Source: Flavobacterium sp. (GTDB lineage: Bacteria > Bacteroidota > Bacteroidia > Flavobacteriales > Flavobacteriaceae). From it: DNA of 64,000 nt. The notes beneath the pieces were generated by a model that saw only the letters and a program-made list of their open reading frames with translations, made no database searches and was not told where the DNA came from. Position numbers and translations under genes: made by a program. The stretch lies in NCBI RefSeq assembly GCF_039916025.1, contig NZ_JBDSMB010000065.1, positions 2,135-66,134 on the forward strand, given 5' to 3'. Positions 38,145 to 48,963 of the stretch are shown here, in pieces (the stretch's first letter is position 1; the number at the start of each line of letters is the position of its first letter).

Positions 38145-39788
38145 TTATTGTTTAAGAACTTTAAAATGTGAAATTTTCGTATCGCTTTGCGCGTTTATTA
38201 AATACATTCCCGAAGCCTGACTGCTTAAATCAATAGTTTCATGCAATAAATTCGAATAGCGATTGCTGTAAATTTTATTTCCTAAAACGTCATAAACACT
38301 AATTTCAACATCTGTTAAAGCATTGTTTCCAACAGCATCAATATTCAAAATTCCGTTAGAAGGATTAGGATACAAAACCAAATCGTTTCCATATTGATTT
38401 TGATTAACACCTAAAACGCCACCTGCAAATTGATACAAATAAGCAAAAGCCTGAAAGTATTGATTGGCAATATTCAAATCGTGAACAATTAAAATATTCT
38501 CGTCATTTTTATTTTCTGCCGAAGAACTCCAATTGTGTGAACCAACTAAAACCAAAGGATCTGAAGCACTGTTATAGTTATCCACCACCATGAATTTATG
38601 ATGCATTATACCACTTCCCGAATATACAACAGCATGATTGGCAGCCAAACCAGATTGAATCGTACTTATTTGATTTCCAGATGGATTCTGGCTATCAACA
38701 ACGATATTGGTATTTGTCAATCCACCGTTATATTTATTAATTAAAGCACTGGCAACATCACTTCTTGTTACTACCATTGTGGCGACATCAATATCAGTAT
38801 TAGCTGAATTTATAGAGGAAATAATTTTGGAATTAGTCCCATCACTCGGACTAAAATAGCTGTTCACAACCTTACCGCCAATATTATAGGCATGTGGTGT
38901 ATTATTAGTTTTATCGGGACCGAATTTCGACAAGGCGGCATTTGGCGTCATAGTACTTGAACCCCACATTTCTTCAAACTCAATTCTGTATCCTAAAGCT
39001 AATGTCTGGTCTTGTATAACAATGGCACTATTCCTGTCTGGTCCATCTATTTGAACCGTTGTCCAATTGGTTGAACCTGTCCAAACGAAAGGTTTATTTG
39101 CATCGGCAACATTGGCATCGAATATCACAAACTTATTATGCATAATGCCATAAGCTGCATCGTTCGGACTTGCTAATCTTGGTATTGCAGCATTTAATAA
39201 AGGTATCATTACACTACTTGTACTGCCATCATAAATAACCCGCACTTGTACACCTCGCGTATAGGCGGCATTTATAGCACCCGCAATTCCTGTAGTTGCA
39301 CTAGGCGAATACGAATTATAAATAGTAATATCCATTGTAGTCGTACAGGCATTGATATAAGTAATCAACATATCATCCAGCGTGTTGCCCAAGTTAACAG
39401 CGCTTTGAATTTGAGCATAACTTGTATCAACCTGATGATTAAAATAAACGTTTATCGTACCCGTAGAAAGTGACGAATTAGCAATAAAACCGCGGTGAAT
39501 ATTGGATACTTCATTACCAAAAATGTATTCAAGCTGAACTATTTCAGATGGATATAAATTATTTAAAGTATAGGTTTTGGAAGTTCTTGAAAAATCGACA
39601 TTGCTGTGAGTTACAACATCAACAGCACTTAACAGCACTGGCGTGTCTTTGTTCTCATCAAATTGAATGGTAATGGTTGAATTTCCATAAACAATTGTAT
39701 AATCTTCTTCTTTAGATTGCTGGCTATAGCAAGCTGATAATTGCAGCAGCGTTAAAAGTATAACGCATGATATTCTTTTAATAAACAT
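38145..39788 (-). CDS. Phospholipase D/nuclease-superfamily protein with T9SS type A sorting domain
   Basis: Two HKD motifs (HNKFVIFD, HHKFMVVD); C-terminal LYPNPSNG..GMYLI. Confidence 0.88.
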   Translation of the reverse strand: MFIKRISCVILLTLLQLSACYSQQSKEEDYTIVYGNSTITIQFDENKDTPVLLSAVDVVTHSNVDFSRTSKTYTLNNLYPSEIVQLEYIFGNEVSNIHRGFIANSSLSTGTINVYFNHQVDTSYAQIQSAVNLGNTLDDMLITYINACTTTMDITIYNSYSPSATTGIAGAINAAYTRGVQVRVIYDGSTSSVMIPLLNAAIPRLASPNDAAYGIMHNKFVIFDANVADANKPFVWTGSTNWTTVQIDGPDRNSAIVIQDQTLALGYRIEFEEMWGSSTMTPNAALSKFGPDKTNNTPHAYNIGGKVVNSYFSPSDGTNSKIISSINSANTDIDVATMVVTRSDVASALINKYNGGLTNTNIVVDSQNPSGNQISTIQSGLAANHAVVYSGSGIMHHKFMVVDNYNSASDPLVLVGSHNWSSSAENKNDENILIVHDLNIANQYFQAFAYLYQFAGGVLGVNQNQYGNDLVLYPNPSNGILNIDAVGNNALTDVEISVYDVLGNKIYSNRYSNLLHETIDLSSQASGMYLINAQSDTKISHFKVLKQ

Positions 39789-40085
39789 TGTGGTAGTTTT
39801 TCCAAAAGTATCAAATGGAAATTAAAATTGCATGAAGACGGTTTATTCAAAAATGGCCGACAAGAAGCCATTTCTCTTTAATTTAAAAATGAAAAAACCT
39901 TTCAGCTACTGCCATCTCTGGTATTTCTATTTATCAGAATTGTATTGAGAATCTGTTAACAGCCATTTTTCTCGATTACTTTAATTTCATTTTTCTGCAT
40001 TAAGTAAGGTTTTTTGTAGATTTATTTTGGATTTCATCCTTACATAAGATTTTAATTTCCGATAAATTCATAATCTGTAAATGGC

Positions 40086-40093
40086 TATATTTG
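40086..40093 (+). promoter_or_regulatory. -7 promoter element for sdaA
   Basis: TATATTTG. Confidence 0.5.
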
Positions 40094-40116
40094 CCTAACT
40101 AAATCGATATAGTACA

Positions 40117-41544
40117 ATGGAAGAATGCATCTCCGTTTTTGATATGCTCAAAATTGGTGTTGGACCATCAAGTTCACACACTCTTGGACCTTGGCGTGCA
40201 GCCGAACGCTTTTTAACCGAATTACAAACAGAAAACATACTCGAAAAAGTAACCCGCGTCAAAGTTGATTTGTATGGTTCGCTTTCACTAACAGGAAAAG
40301 GACACGCAACAGATTTGGCAATAATGCTAGGACTAAGCGGTCAAGATCCAGAATATATCCCGGTGCAGGACATTGCCGGAATTGTAAAGAAGATTGAAGA
40401 CAAAAACGAAATCAATTTAGCAAACAAAATCGTTATCCCATTCTATTTCCTGCAGGACATTATATTCAATAAAAACTTTCTTCCTTTTCATGCTAATGGA
40501 TTAACTTTTACAGCTTCTTTGCTTGATGAAAGTGAATATGTTTCTACCTTCTACTCTATTGGTGGCGGTTTTGTGGTCAAAGAAGAACGCGTAAATGCCA
40601 AGAAGAAATTAGAAATAAAATGTGCCTTTCCATTTCCAATTCAAAACGCAGAGGAATTACTTCAATATACAATTACTGAAAACAAAATGATCTCTGAAAT
40701 CGTTTACGAGAATGAAAAAGCAATGCGTACCGAAGCAGAAATTCACCACGAATTAATGCGTATTTGGAACACCATGCTCGAATGCATGTACATTGGTTGT
40801 CATTCAGAAGGTGTTCTTCCCGGTGGTTTAAATGTGCGTCGACGCGCTTTTGATATGCATCAGGGATTAATTGGTTTAGCTAATTATTCTAATCCACAGG
40901 AATGGATGCAAAGCATTCGCAAAACCGAAGTAAAGTTTCGTCAAATACTTAAATGGGTTTCTTGCTTTGCCTTAGCGGTAAATGAAGTAAACGCCGCTTT
41001 AGGAAGAGTTGTAACTGCTCCTACCAACGGAAGTGCCGGCGTAATTCCAGCAGTTTTAATGTACTATTTGACAATCGAAAACCACGAAGCAGGCGAAAAA
41101 GAAATCAAACAATTCCTAATGGTAGCCGGAGAAATAGGTAGCATCTTCAAAAAAGGCTCTACTATTTCAGCAGCGATGGGCGGTTGCCAGGCAGAAATCG
41201 GAGTTTCATCATCTATGGCAGCAGCAGCTTTATGTGAAGTGATGGGCGGAACACCTGACCAGGTTTTAATGGCAGCCGAAATTGCAATGGAGCATCATCT
41301 AGGTATGACATGTGACCCAATTGGTGGTTTGGTTCAGATTCCGTGTATTGAACGCAATACCATGGGTGCCATAAAAGCAATAAATGCTGCAGAACTTGCG
41401 ATGGAAACTGATGCCAAAAATGCTAAAGTGCCTTTGGACAAAGTTATAGAAACGATGTGGAAAACTGCTAAAGACATGAATTCAAAATACAAAGAAACTT
41501 CCGAAGGTGGCTTGGCTGTTGCCGTAAACATGGCTGACTGTTAG
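40117..41544 (+). CDS. sdaA: L-serine ammonia-lyase (Fe-S dependent)
   Basis: [28 protein letters not shown] and [17 protein letters not shown] motifs. Confidence 0.96.
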   Translation: MEECISVFDMLKIGVGPSSSHTLGPWRAAERFLTELQTENILEKVTRVKVDLYGSLSLTGKGHATDLAIMLGLSGQDPEYIPVQDIAGIVKKIEDKNEINLANKIVIPFYFLQDIIFNKNFLPFHANGLTFTASLLDESEYVSTFYSIGGGFVVKEERVNAKKKLEIKCAFPFPIQNAEELLQYTITENKMISEIVYENEKAMRTEAEIHHELMRIWNTMLECMYIGCHSEGVLPGGLNVRRRAFDMHQGLIGLANYSNPQEWMQSIRKTEVKFRQILKWVSCFALAVNEVNAALGRVVTAPTNGSAGVIPAVLMYYLTIENHEAGEKEIKQFLMVAGEIGSIFKKGSTISAAMGGCQAEIGVSSSMAAAALCEVMGGTPDQVLMAAEIAMEHHLGMTCDPIGGLVQIPCIERNTMGAIKAINAAELAMETDAKNAKVPLDKVIETMWKTAKDMNSKYKETSEGGLAVAVNMADC

Positions 41545-41676
41545 AAATTTTGTAACTTTTTATATTAATTATATAAAGGTTTTACGTAATAAAATTTCCA
41601 TCTTTGAAGTAAATAAAGCGTAAAACAAGAAATCATTCCCAACTTGTTTTTTGAATTAAAATTTTAATTTTTTGAT

Positions 41677-44600
41677 TTGAAAAAGTACTTCACAAAAGGA
41701 TTACGGATTATCCTTTGGATAATGCTGTCATTGATAGGGTTATTCCTGTTACTTGTTATTGCGCTTCAAATTCCTGCCGTACAACAATTCGCAAAAGACA
41801 AAGTCGTTACCTATCTCGAAAATAAAATCAAGACTAAAGTTGTCATCAACAAAGTTAAAATTGGTTTTCCAAAAGACTTAGTTCTGGAAGGTGTTTATTT
41901 TCAAGACAAAAAAAAGGATACGCTTTTGGCAGGTAAAAAAATTACAGCAAACCTTGATATGTATGGATTATTCCACAACAGAGTAGAAATCAATTCGCTT
42001 GAATTAGAAAGTGTTGTTGTACATATAAACAGAGATAAAACAAACAAATTCAATTTTGATTATATCGTAGAGGCATTCAAATCACCTGAAAAACAAAATG
42101 ACAATTCAGCTCCAATGGAGTTTTCTCTCGACAAAATCAATCTGAATAATGTCAGACTCCGCTTTAATGATGTGTATAACAATAATGATTTGAAACTCGA
42201 TGTGGGCAAAATGAAGGCCAAGATTAAAACCTTCGACTTAAAGCAAATGAATTTTGAAGTTCCTGAACTGACAGTTGACGGAATCAAGTTTTATTATAAA
42301 CAAGGATTAGTCAATACTGAAATTGCCAATACAAAAAATCTAAAAAGCCCCGATTTAAAACTAAAGTTAGGAACGCTCGATTTGTCAAAAATAAAGATTG
42401 ATTACCAAAATGATAACTCTAAGTTGGTCATGAATCTTATTTCGGATAAACTTTTCGCTAAAGTCAAGGTGTTTGATTTAGAAAACAATCAAATCGATTT
42501 GACTCAAATTGGAATATCAGATGCAAACTTTGCGTTGAATATTGGTAAGACCGAAAAAGAAAAAAACAGTAATTCTTCTTCCAAATCAACAGACTGGAAA
42601 GTAAAAGTTAATGATGTTGCGTTTAAAAAAGTAAACTTCATTTATAACGATGACAACTCCGCGTCAATTCCAAGAGGCATGGATTACAAACATTTAAACA
42701 TCCAAAACCTCGATCTTGATGCAGACTATATTGCGTTTAATTCTCCAACAGTTTGGGGAAAAATCAACGCGATGAAAGCGGAAGAAAAAAACGGGTTAAT
42801 AGTAGAATCTTTAAAAACAACTTTTTACTATGGTGAGAAATCAGCCTATGCGAAAGATTTGTACCTGAAAACGCCACAAACAACATTGCGAAACGAAATC
42901 ATTGTTGGTTATCCATCTATTGAATCGCTTTCTAAAAATCCAGGCGAGCTTATTATCAAAGCCAAACTAAATCAAAGCAAAATTGCATTCAGAGATTTAT
43001 TGCTGATTGTACCGCAACTCTACGATATTTATCCGTTTAAGGACAATCAAAATGTGGTTTTGTCAGCCAACACAACGCTTTCAGGAAAACTGAATAATTT
43101 GAAATTTCCTTATCTACAGGTTAGTGGCATTGGAAACACCAAAGTAAATGTCAGTGGTTCGATTGTTGGGCTGCCGGATTCAGATAAAGCTTATTACGAT
43201 TTTAATATCAAAAACCTGGAATCCGGCGCAAAAGACGCTTATACTATTTTGCCGAAAAATACGATTCCTACTACTATCCAATTACCTGAACAGTTTACTG
43301 CTAAAGGCACTTTTAAAGGAACTATGAAAAGTTTCAACACCAATATGTATTTCACAAGTAGTTCCGGAAACGGCAAAATAAAAGGTGCATTAGACCGAAG
43401 AGTTAAAGACCGGGAAAAATACAATTTTGATGCAACGTTTGATAATTTTGATTTGGGCAGAATGTTGAAAAACGATTCCATTGGAAGAATTACACTCAAA
43501 ACAGATATAAAAGGAACTGGTTTTAATCCAAAAACTGCAAATGCTATTGGCAAGGCAGTAATAGTTAAAGCAAATTACAATCACTATACTTATCAAAATG
43601 TGGTGATTGATGGAAAAATAAACAACAGCCTTTTTGATGTAAAAGCTTTTACAAATGATCCAAATCTAAAGTTTGATTTGGTTTCAAGCGGAAGTTTTAA
43701 AGACAAATATCCAAAAGGAACGCTGCATCTGAATGTTGATATTGCCGATTTGGACAAACTCAATCTGCATGCCGGACCATTAAAATTGAAAGGTGTTTTA
43801 GATGCAGATATTGAATCCGCAAATTTGGATTATCTGAATGGAACTGCGAGCGTGCATCATTTGATTATTGCTACTGACAAAGAACAATTCGCAACCGATT
43901 CCATAAATGTAGCAGCAGTTTCTACGGCAGAGAAAAATTCAATTGTATTGAGTTCTAAGTTTATGGATGCAGAATTCATTGGGAAATACAGATTGTCAAC
44001 CTTGGCAAACTCTGTTAAACAAAGCGTTTCAAATTACTATAATTTAAAAACAACCTCGAAAAATGTTCCTTATGGCGATCAACAATTAGCATTTAAAGTC
44101 AATGTAAAGCCTACTCCTATTTTGTTAAAATTGGTTCCAAATCTAATAAACATCGAACCAATTTCACTCACCGGAAGATATAATTCAGTGAATGATACTA
44201 TCATTGTTAATGGTTCTATTCCAAAATTGGTTTATGGCACAAATATTATTTCAAATGCTGTTCTCAAAATTGATAAAAAAGACAATGCTTTGCTTTACAG
44301 TTTTAGCGTTGATGAAATCAGGGATAATGAATTTCAGCTTCATCGAACAAGCATTGTCGGTAAAGCTGAAAATGATGTTGTTGATTACACTTTATTGGTT
44401 AAAGACTTTAAAAATAAAGACCGCTATGTGATTGCCGGGAATTTAAAATCTACAAATGACGGGCATGAAATTTCATTTGATCCTGCAAAATTGTTATTGA
44501 ATTATGATTCCTGGGTGATTTCTGAAGATAATAAAATTCGTTTTGCCAACAACTCAATTTATTTTGACAATTTCGTATTGAGTAACGACAAAAGCAGTAT

Positions 44601-46686
44601 TAGTCTTCAATCAGTTTCAAATGGATCCAATCCACCTTTGGCTGTTGAGTTTAAAGATTTTAAAATACAAACCATTACCAATATAGTTCAGATGAAAAAT
44701 ATTGAAATGGACGGAAATATCAATGGAAAAGCTGAGTTTAAAGACCTGATGTCAAAAGTGCTTTTTACAGCTGATGCTACAATTGATCACTTTACTTTCA
44801 AAAAGGAAGAAGTTGGAACGATTTATATAAATGTCGATAACTTTACTGCCAATACTTATACCGCCAAAATTGAACTTACCGAACAGGACAACCAAATGAA
44901 TCTTGAGGGAACTTACAAAGCAAGCGATGATGCGCTGAATATGGATTTGGATATTCAAAAGCTGAATCTGAAAAGCATTCAGGGTTTTTCTATGGAGAAT
45001 ATAAAAGAAGGAACCGGCTATTTCACCGGGAAATTCAAAGTAACAGGCAACACAACCAATCCGAAATTAATTGGCGATTTAAAGTTTAACGGAATCGGAT
45101 TTAAAGCCACAAAACTGAATGCGAAATTCAAATCGATGAACGACACGATGGTCTTTACCGATAACGCTATCGTTCTTGATAATTTCACTATTTATGATGA
45201 AAAGAAAAATGATTTGATTATCAATGGAAAAATCAATAATCAGAATTATGCCAACTTAGGTTTTGATTTGACTGTTGATGCCGATAATTTCAAAGCTGTA
45301 AATTCTTCTGCAAAAGATAACGATACTTTTTATGGCCAATTGGTTTTAGACAATCATCTGAAAGTTAAAGGAACTTACAACAATCCATATGTTGAAGGAA
45401 CTATCAAAATCGACAAAAACACGAAATTTACAATTGTGTTACCGCAGGACGATCCATACATTGCCGACAGAGAAGGAATAGTTGAATTCATTGATCAGGA
45501 TCAACCACCATTATTCACAAAACTTGCTGATGAAAATCTTAGCGAAACCGAAGTAAAAGGTATCAATGCTTTTGTAGATATTGAAATTGATAAAGATGCC
45601 GAAATATCAATGGTTATTGATAAAGGAAATGGCGACTTTTTAAGATTAAAAGGTGAAGCCCAACTTACAGGTGCCATGGATCCTTCGGGGAAAACCACAT
45701 TAACAGGACGTTATGAACTGGAAGAAGGAAGTTATGAAATGAATTTTAATCTGGTTAAAAGAAAATTTGACATCAAAAAGGGAAGCTACATACTTTGGAC
45801 AGGAGAACCAACTAAAGCCGATATCAATATCACAGCCATTTATAAAGTCAACGCTTCGCCAATCGATTTGTTAGATAACCAATTATCATCGTTTTCGCCT
45901 GAAGAACGAAACACCTTCAAACAAAAAATCCCTTTTGAAACCGAACTGAAAATGAAAGGGGAATTATTGAAGCCAAGCATTACTTTCGACATTGTGCTGC
46001 CTGAAGGAAACAACAATGTTTCAGGCGATATAATTACTAGAACTGAAGCTAAATTGGCTCAATTACGACAAGAGCCGGATGATTTGAACAAACAGGTATT
46101 TGCATTGCTTCTGTTAAAAAGATTCATCGGAGATAATCCGTTTTCGAGTGAAAATGGTGGCATTACTGCTTCATCATTCGCAAGAGAAAGTGTTAGTAAA
46201 ATATTATCACAACAGCTTAATAACTTTGCCAGCGATTTTGTAAAAGGATTTGAAGTTGATTTTGATTTGGATTCTTCTGACGATTATACAACAGGTCAAA
46301 AAGAAAACAAAACCGATTTGAATGTAGGGCTTTCCAAAAAATTATTGAATGACAGATTGAAAGTTACCGTTGGAAGTACTTTTGGGATTGAAGGTCCGGA
46401 ACAGCCAAACAAAGAAACCAATACAATTGGAGGAGATCTTTCAGCCGAATACCAACTCTCCAAAGACGGACGATACAAACTTCGCGCCTATCGAAAAAAC
46501 CTGTATCAGGTAGCGTTGCAGGGACAGGTTATCGAAACAGGACTGGGATTCATCATCACGATGGATTATAACAAATTCAAAGAATTATTTCATTCCAGAA
46601 AAGAAGTTAAAAAAACAAAAAAAGCTATTAAAGCCGAGAAAAAAGCCGAAGAAGTTGAAAAAGCCAAAGAAAAATCAGATGATTAA
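41677..46686 (+). CDS. tamB: Translocation/assembly module TamB-domain protein
   Basis: N-terminal TM anchor, long beta-rich body, C-terminal LLLLKRF..SAEYQLSKDGRYKLRAY; TTG start. Confidence 0.85.
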   Translation: MKKYFTKGLRIILWIMLSLIGLFLLLVIALQIPAVQQFAKDKVVTYLENKIKTKVVINKVKIGFPKDLVLEGVYFQDKKKDTLLAGKKITANLDMYGLFHNRVEINSLELESVVVHINRDKTNKFNFDYIVEAFKSPEKQNDNSAPMEFSLDKINLNNVRLRFNDVYNNNDLKLDVGKMKAKIKTFDLKQMNFEVPELTVDGIKFYYKQGLVNTEIANTKNLKSPDLKLKLGTLDLSKIKIDYQNDNSKLVMNLISDKLFAKVKVFDLENNQIDLTQIGISDANFALNIGKTEKEKNSNSSSKSTDWKVKVNDVAFKKVNFIYNDDNSASIPRGMDYKHLNIQNLDLDADYIAFNSPTVWGKINAMKAEEKNGLIVESLKTTFYYGEKSAYAKDLYLKTPQTTLRNEIIVGYPSIESLSKNPGELIIKAKLNQSKIAFRDLLLIVPQLYDIYPFKDNQNVVLSANTTLSGKLNNLKFPYLQVSGIGNTKVNVSGSIVGLPDSDKAYYDFNIKNLESGAKDAYTILPKNTIPTTIQLPEQFTAKGTFKGTMKSFNTNMYFTSSSGNGKIKGALDRRVKDREKYNFDATFDNFDLGRMLKNDSIGRITLKTDIKGTGFNPKTANAIGKAVIVKANYNHYTYQNVVIDGKINNSLFDVKAFTNDPNLKFDLVSSGSFKDKYPKGTLHLNVDIADLDKLNLHAGPLKLKGVLDADIESANLDYLNGTASVHHLIIATDKEQFATDSINVAAVSTAEKNSIVLSSKFMDAEFIGKYRLSTLANSVKQSVSNYYNLKTTSKNVPYGDQQLAFKVNVKPTPILLKLVPNLINIEPISLTGRYNSVNDTIIVNGSIPKLVYGTNIISNAVLKIDKKDNALLYSFSVDEIRDNEFQLHRTSIVGKAENDVVDYTLLVKDFKNKDRYVIAGNLKSTNDGHEISFDPAKLLLNYDSWVISEDNKIRFANNSIYFDNFVLSNDKSSISLQSVSNGSNPPLAVEFKDFKIQTITNIVQMKNIEMDGNINGKAEFKDLMSKVLFTADATIDHFTFKKEEVGTIYINVDNFTANTYTAKIELTEQDNQMNLEGTYKASDDALNMDLDIQKLNLKSIQGFSMENIKEGTGYFTGKFKVTGNTTNPKLIGDLKFNGIGFKATKLNAKFKSMNDTMVFTDNAIVLDNFTIYDEKKNDLIINGKINNQNYANLGFDLTVDADNFKAVNSSAKDNDTFYGQLVLDNHLKVKGTYNNPYVEGTIKIDKNTKFTIVLPQDDPYIADREGIVEFIDQDQPPLFTKLADENLSETEVKGINAFVDIEIDKDAEISMVIDKGNGDFLRLKGEAQLTGAMDPSGKTTLTGRYELEEGSYEMNFNLVKRKFDIKKGSYILWTGEPTKADINITAIYKVNASPIDLLDNQLSSFSPEERNTFKQKIPFETELKMKGELLKPSITFDIVLPEGNNNVSGDIITRTEAKLAQLRQEPDDLNKQVFALLLLKRFIGDNPFSSENGGITASSFARESVSKILSQQLNNFASDFVKGFEVDFDLDSSDDYTTGQKENKTDLNVGLSKKLLNDRLKVTVGSTFGIEGPEQPNKETNTIGGDLSAEYQLSKDGRYKLRAYRKNLYQVALQGQVIETGLGFIITMDYNKFKELFHSRKEVKKTKKAIKAEKKAEEVEKAKEKSDD

Positions 46687-48958
46687 GAACGCATTATATA
46701 TCGCCATTCTTGTATTATTTGCAGCAGCCTGCAGCGGTACTCATAATTTGCCCGAAGGTGAACTGCTGTATACCGGCGGAACAATAAAGGTTGTAAAAGA
46801 CAGCACAATTTCCGGGAAACAGCGTCATGAATTGCAGAAAAAAATGAAAGATGTAATTCGTCCTATTCCAAACAAAAAGTTTTTGGGCATGCGTCCGAAA
46901 TTATTCTTCTACAATCTGGCAGGAGATGCAAAAAAAGAAAAAGGCTTTCGTCATTGGTTAAAAACTACACTCGGTGAAGCACCTGTTTTATTTAGCGAAG
47001 TCGATCTGGAATACAATAGAAGTCTGTTGCAAAACTTCTCTGAAAACAATGGCTATTTCAACACCCGGACAAGTGCCGATTCAACCAGACATGGTAAACG
47101 CGCCACAGCCGAATATAAAGTGACTACCGGAAGACAATACAAAATCAAATCAGTGCAATTTCCAAACGATTCTTCTGATGTTGGAAAAGCGGTAGCAAGA
47201 ACACAAAGAAGAAGTTTGCTACAGGTTGGAAAAGCTTATAACCTTGAAGTGATAAAAGCCGAAAGAGAACGAATCGACACGCGATTGAAACAAAGAGGTT
47301 TTTATTATTTTAATGAAGATTACATAAAAGTACAGGTGGACAGCACTGTTGGCAAGTATGAAGTTGATTTGATTGTGAAAGTAAAAGACGAAGCGCCAAA
47401 AATTGCTAAAACGGTTTATAAAATCAATAAAATTGTCATTTATCCAAATTTTGCTCTGAATCAGGATTCATTAACTGTAGCCGAAAAATACAACGATTAT
47501 ACCATCATTGGAAATGACGGTTTGTTCAGACCGCGAATTTGGGACCGCACCTTATATTTCAAGAAAAATGATTTATACAATCGTACTGATCATAGTTTAA
47601 CACTGAACAGATTGGTGAATCTGGGAACATTCAAATTTGTAAAAAATCAGTTCAAACCTTCTGATACCATTGGAAATTATTTAGATGCCTATTATTATTT
47701 GACACCGCTTCCACGAAAATCAATCCGTGTTGAAGTATTGGCAAAAACCAATTCTGCGAATTATACCGGTAGTGAATTAAAAGTAAACTGGAGCAATCGC
47801 AACACTTTTCACGGAGCAGAATTACTTGCTCTTTCGGCTTTTGGCGGAATTGAAGTCCAGCTAGGTGGAAAGAACAATGGTTTTAATGTGTATCGATTTG
47901 GTGGTGAAGCAAGCCTTACATGGCCAAGATTTATTGCGCCATTCAAAATAAAATCATCGAGCGGATTTGTACCAAGGACAAACACAACTATTGGTTATGA
48001 ATATCAAAACAGGCAGAAACTATATTCATTGCAAACTTTCAAAGCTTCATTTGGATATGGATGGAAAGAAAACGCACGCAAGGAACATCAGTTGAACATA
48101 ACCGAAATAACCTATGCGAGTCCCGAAAATGTAACCGATTTGTATCGCGACCAAATTATTTTGAATCCGTCATTAAAATATGTGATTGATAAACAACTCA
48201 TCTTTGGACCAACTTATTCTTATACGTACAACACTGAAATGCGGCAAAGAAGAAAAAATTTGTTCTATTATAAGGGTGGTATTGATTTATCAGGAAATTT
48301 AGCCGGAGTGATTACAGGTGCCGATATCAAAGCCGGAGATACCATCAAAGTTTTTGATATTCCGTTCAGCCAGTTTGCCAAAATTCAGAATGAGTTCAAG
48401 CACACTTATAAATTTGGCAAAAACTCTATGATCAAAAGCCGAATCATCGCGGGAGTAGCATATCCTTATGGCAACTCCGATAAGATTCCGTTTGTCAAAC
48501 AATTTTTCATAGGTGGAACCAACAGTTTACGTGCATTCCGTTCACGGTCGCTTGGTCCGGGAACTTACAATGCCCAAACGGAAGTAGGTGTATTTATTCC
48601 GGATCAATCGGGTGACCTAAAATTAGAATTCAACACCGAGTTCCGAAGCAATATTTACAAATTCATAAACGGAGCTGTATTTATGGATGCAGGAAATATT
48701 TGGCTTTTGAACGATGATCCAAATAAACCAGGTGCCAAATTTTCCAAAGATTTCATGAAAGAAATTGCCGTTGGTCTTGGTGCGGGATTGCGTTTTGATT
48801 TCAGCTTCTTAGTGCTTAGAACCGATTTGGCATTCCCAATCCGAAAACCTTATTTACCCGACGGGCAACGATGGGTAATTGACGAGGTTAATTTCCTTAA
48901 CGGTCCGTGGCGAAGTGAAAACCTGCTTTTTAATTTGGCAATTGGATATCCGTTTTAA
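46679..48958 (+). CDS. Lipidated Omp85/TamA-like outer membrane protein (TamL type)
   Basis: Lipobox AAAC, POTRA-like GFYY/NGYF segments, FFIGGTNSLRAF, C-terminal IGYPF; start set at MIKNA. Confidence 0.85.
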   Translation: MIKNALYIAILVLFAAACSGTHNLPEGELLYTGGTIKVVKDSTISGKQRHELQKKMKDVIRPIPNKKFLGMRPKLFFYNLAGDAKKEKGFRHWLKTTLGEAPVLFSEVDLEYNRSLLQNFSENNGYFNTRTSADSTRHGKRATAEYKVTTGRQYKIKSVQFPNDSSDVGKAVARTQRRSLLQVGKAYNLEVIKAERERIDTRLKQRGFYYFNEDYIKVQVDSTVGKYEVDLIVKVKDEAPKIAKTVYKINKIVIYPNFALNQDSLTVAEKYNDYTIIGNDGLFRPRIWDRTLYFKKNDLYNRTDHSLTLNRLVNLGTFKFVKNQFKPSDTIGNYLDAYYYLTPLPRKSIRVEVLAKTNSANYTGSELKVNWSNRNTFHGAELLALSAFGGIEVQLGGKNNGFNVYRFGGEASLTWPRFIAPFKIKSSSGFVPRTNTTIGYEYQNRQKLYSLQTFKASFGYGWKENARKEHQLNITEITYASPENVTDLYRDQIILNPSLKYVIDKQLIFGPTYSYTYNTEMRQRRKNLFYYKGGIDLSGNLAGVITGADIKAGDTIKVFDIPFSQFAKIQNEFKHTYKFGKNSMIKSRIIAGVAYPYGNSDKIPFVKQFFIGGTNSLRAFRSRSLGPGTYNAQTEVGVFIPDQSGDLKLEFNTEFRSNIYKFINGAVFMDAGNIWLLNDDPNKPGAKFSKDFMKEIAVGLGAGLRFDFSFLVLRTDLAFPIRKPYLPDGQRWVIDEVNFLNGPWRSENLLFNLAIGYPF

Positions 48959-48963
48959 ATTTT

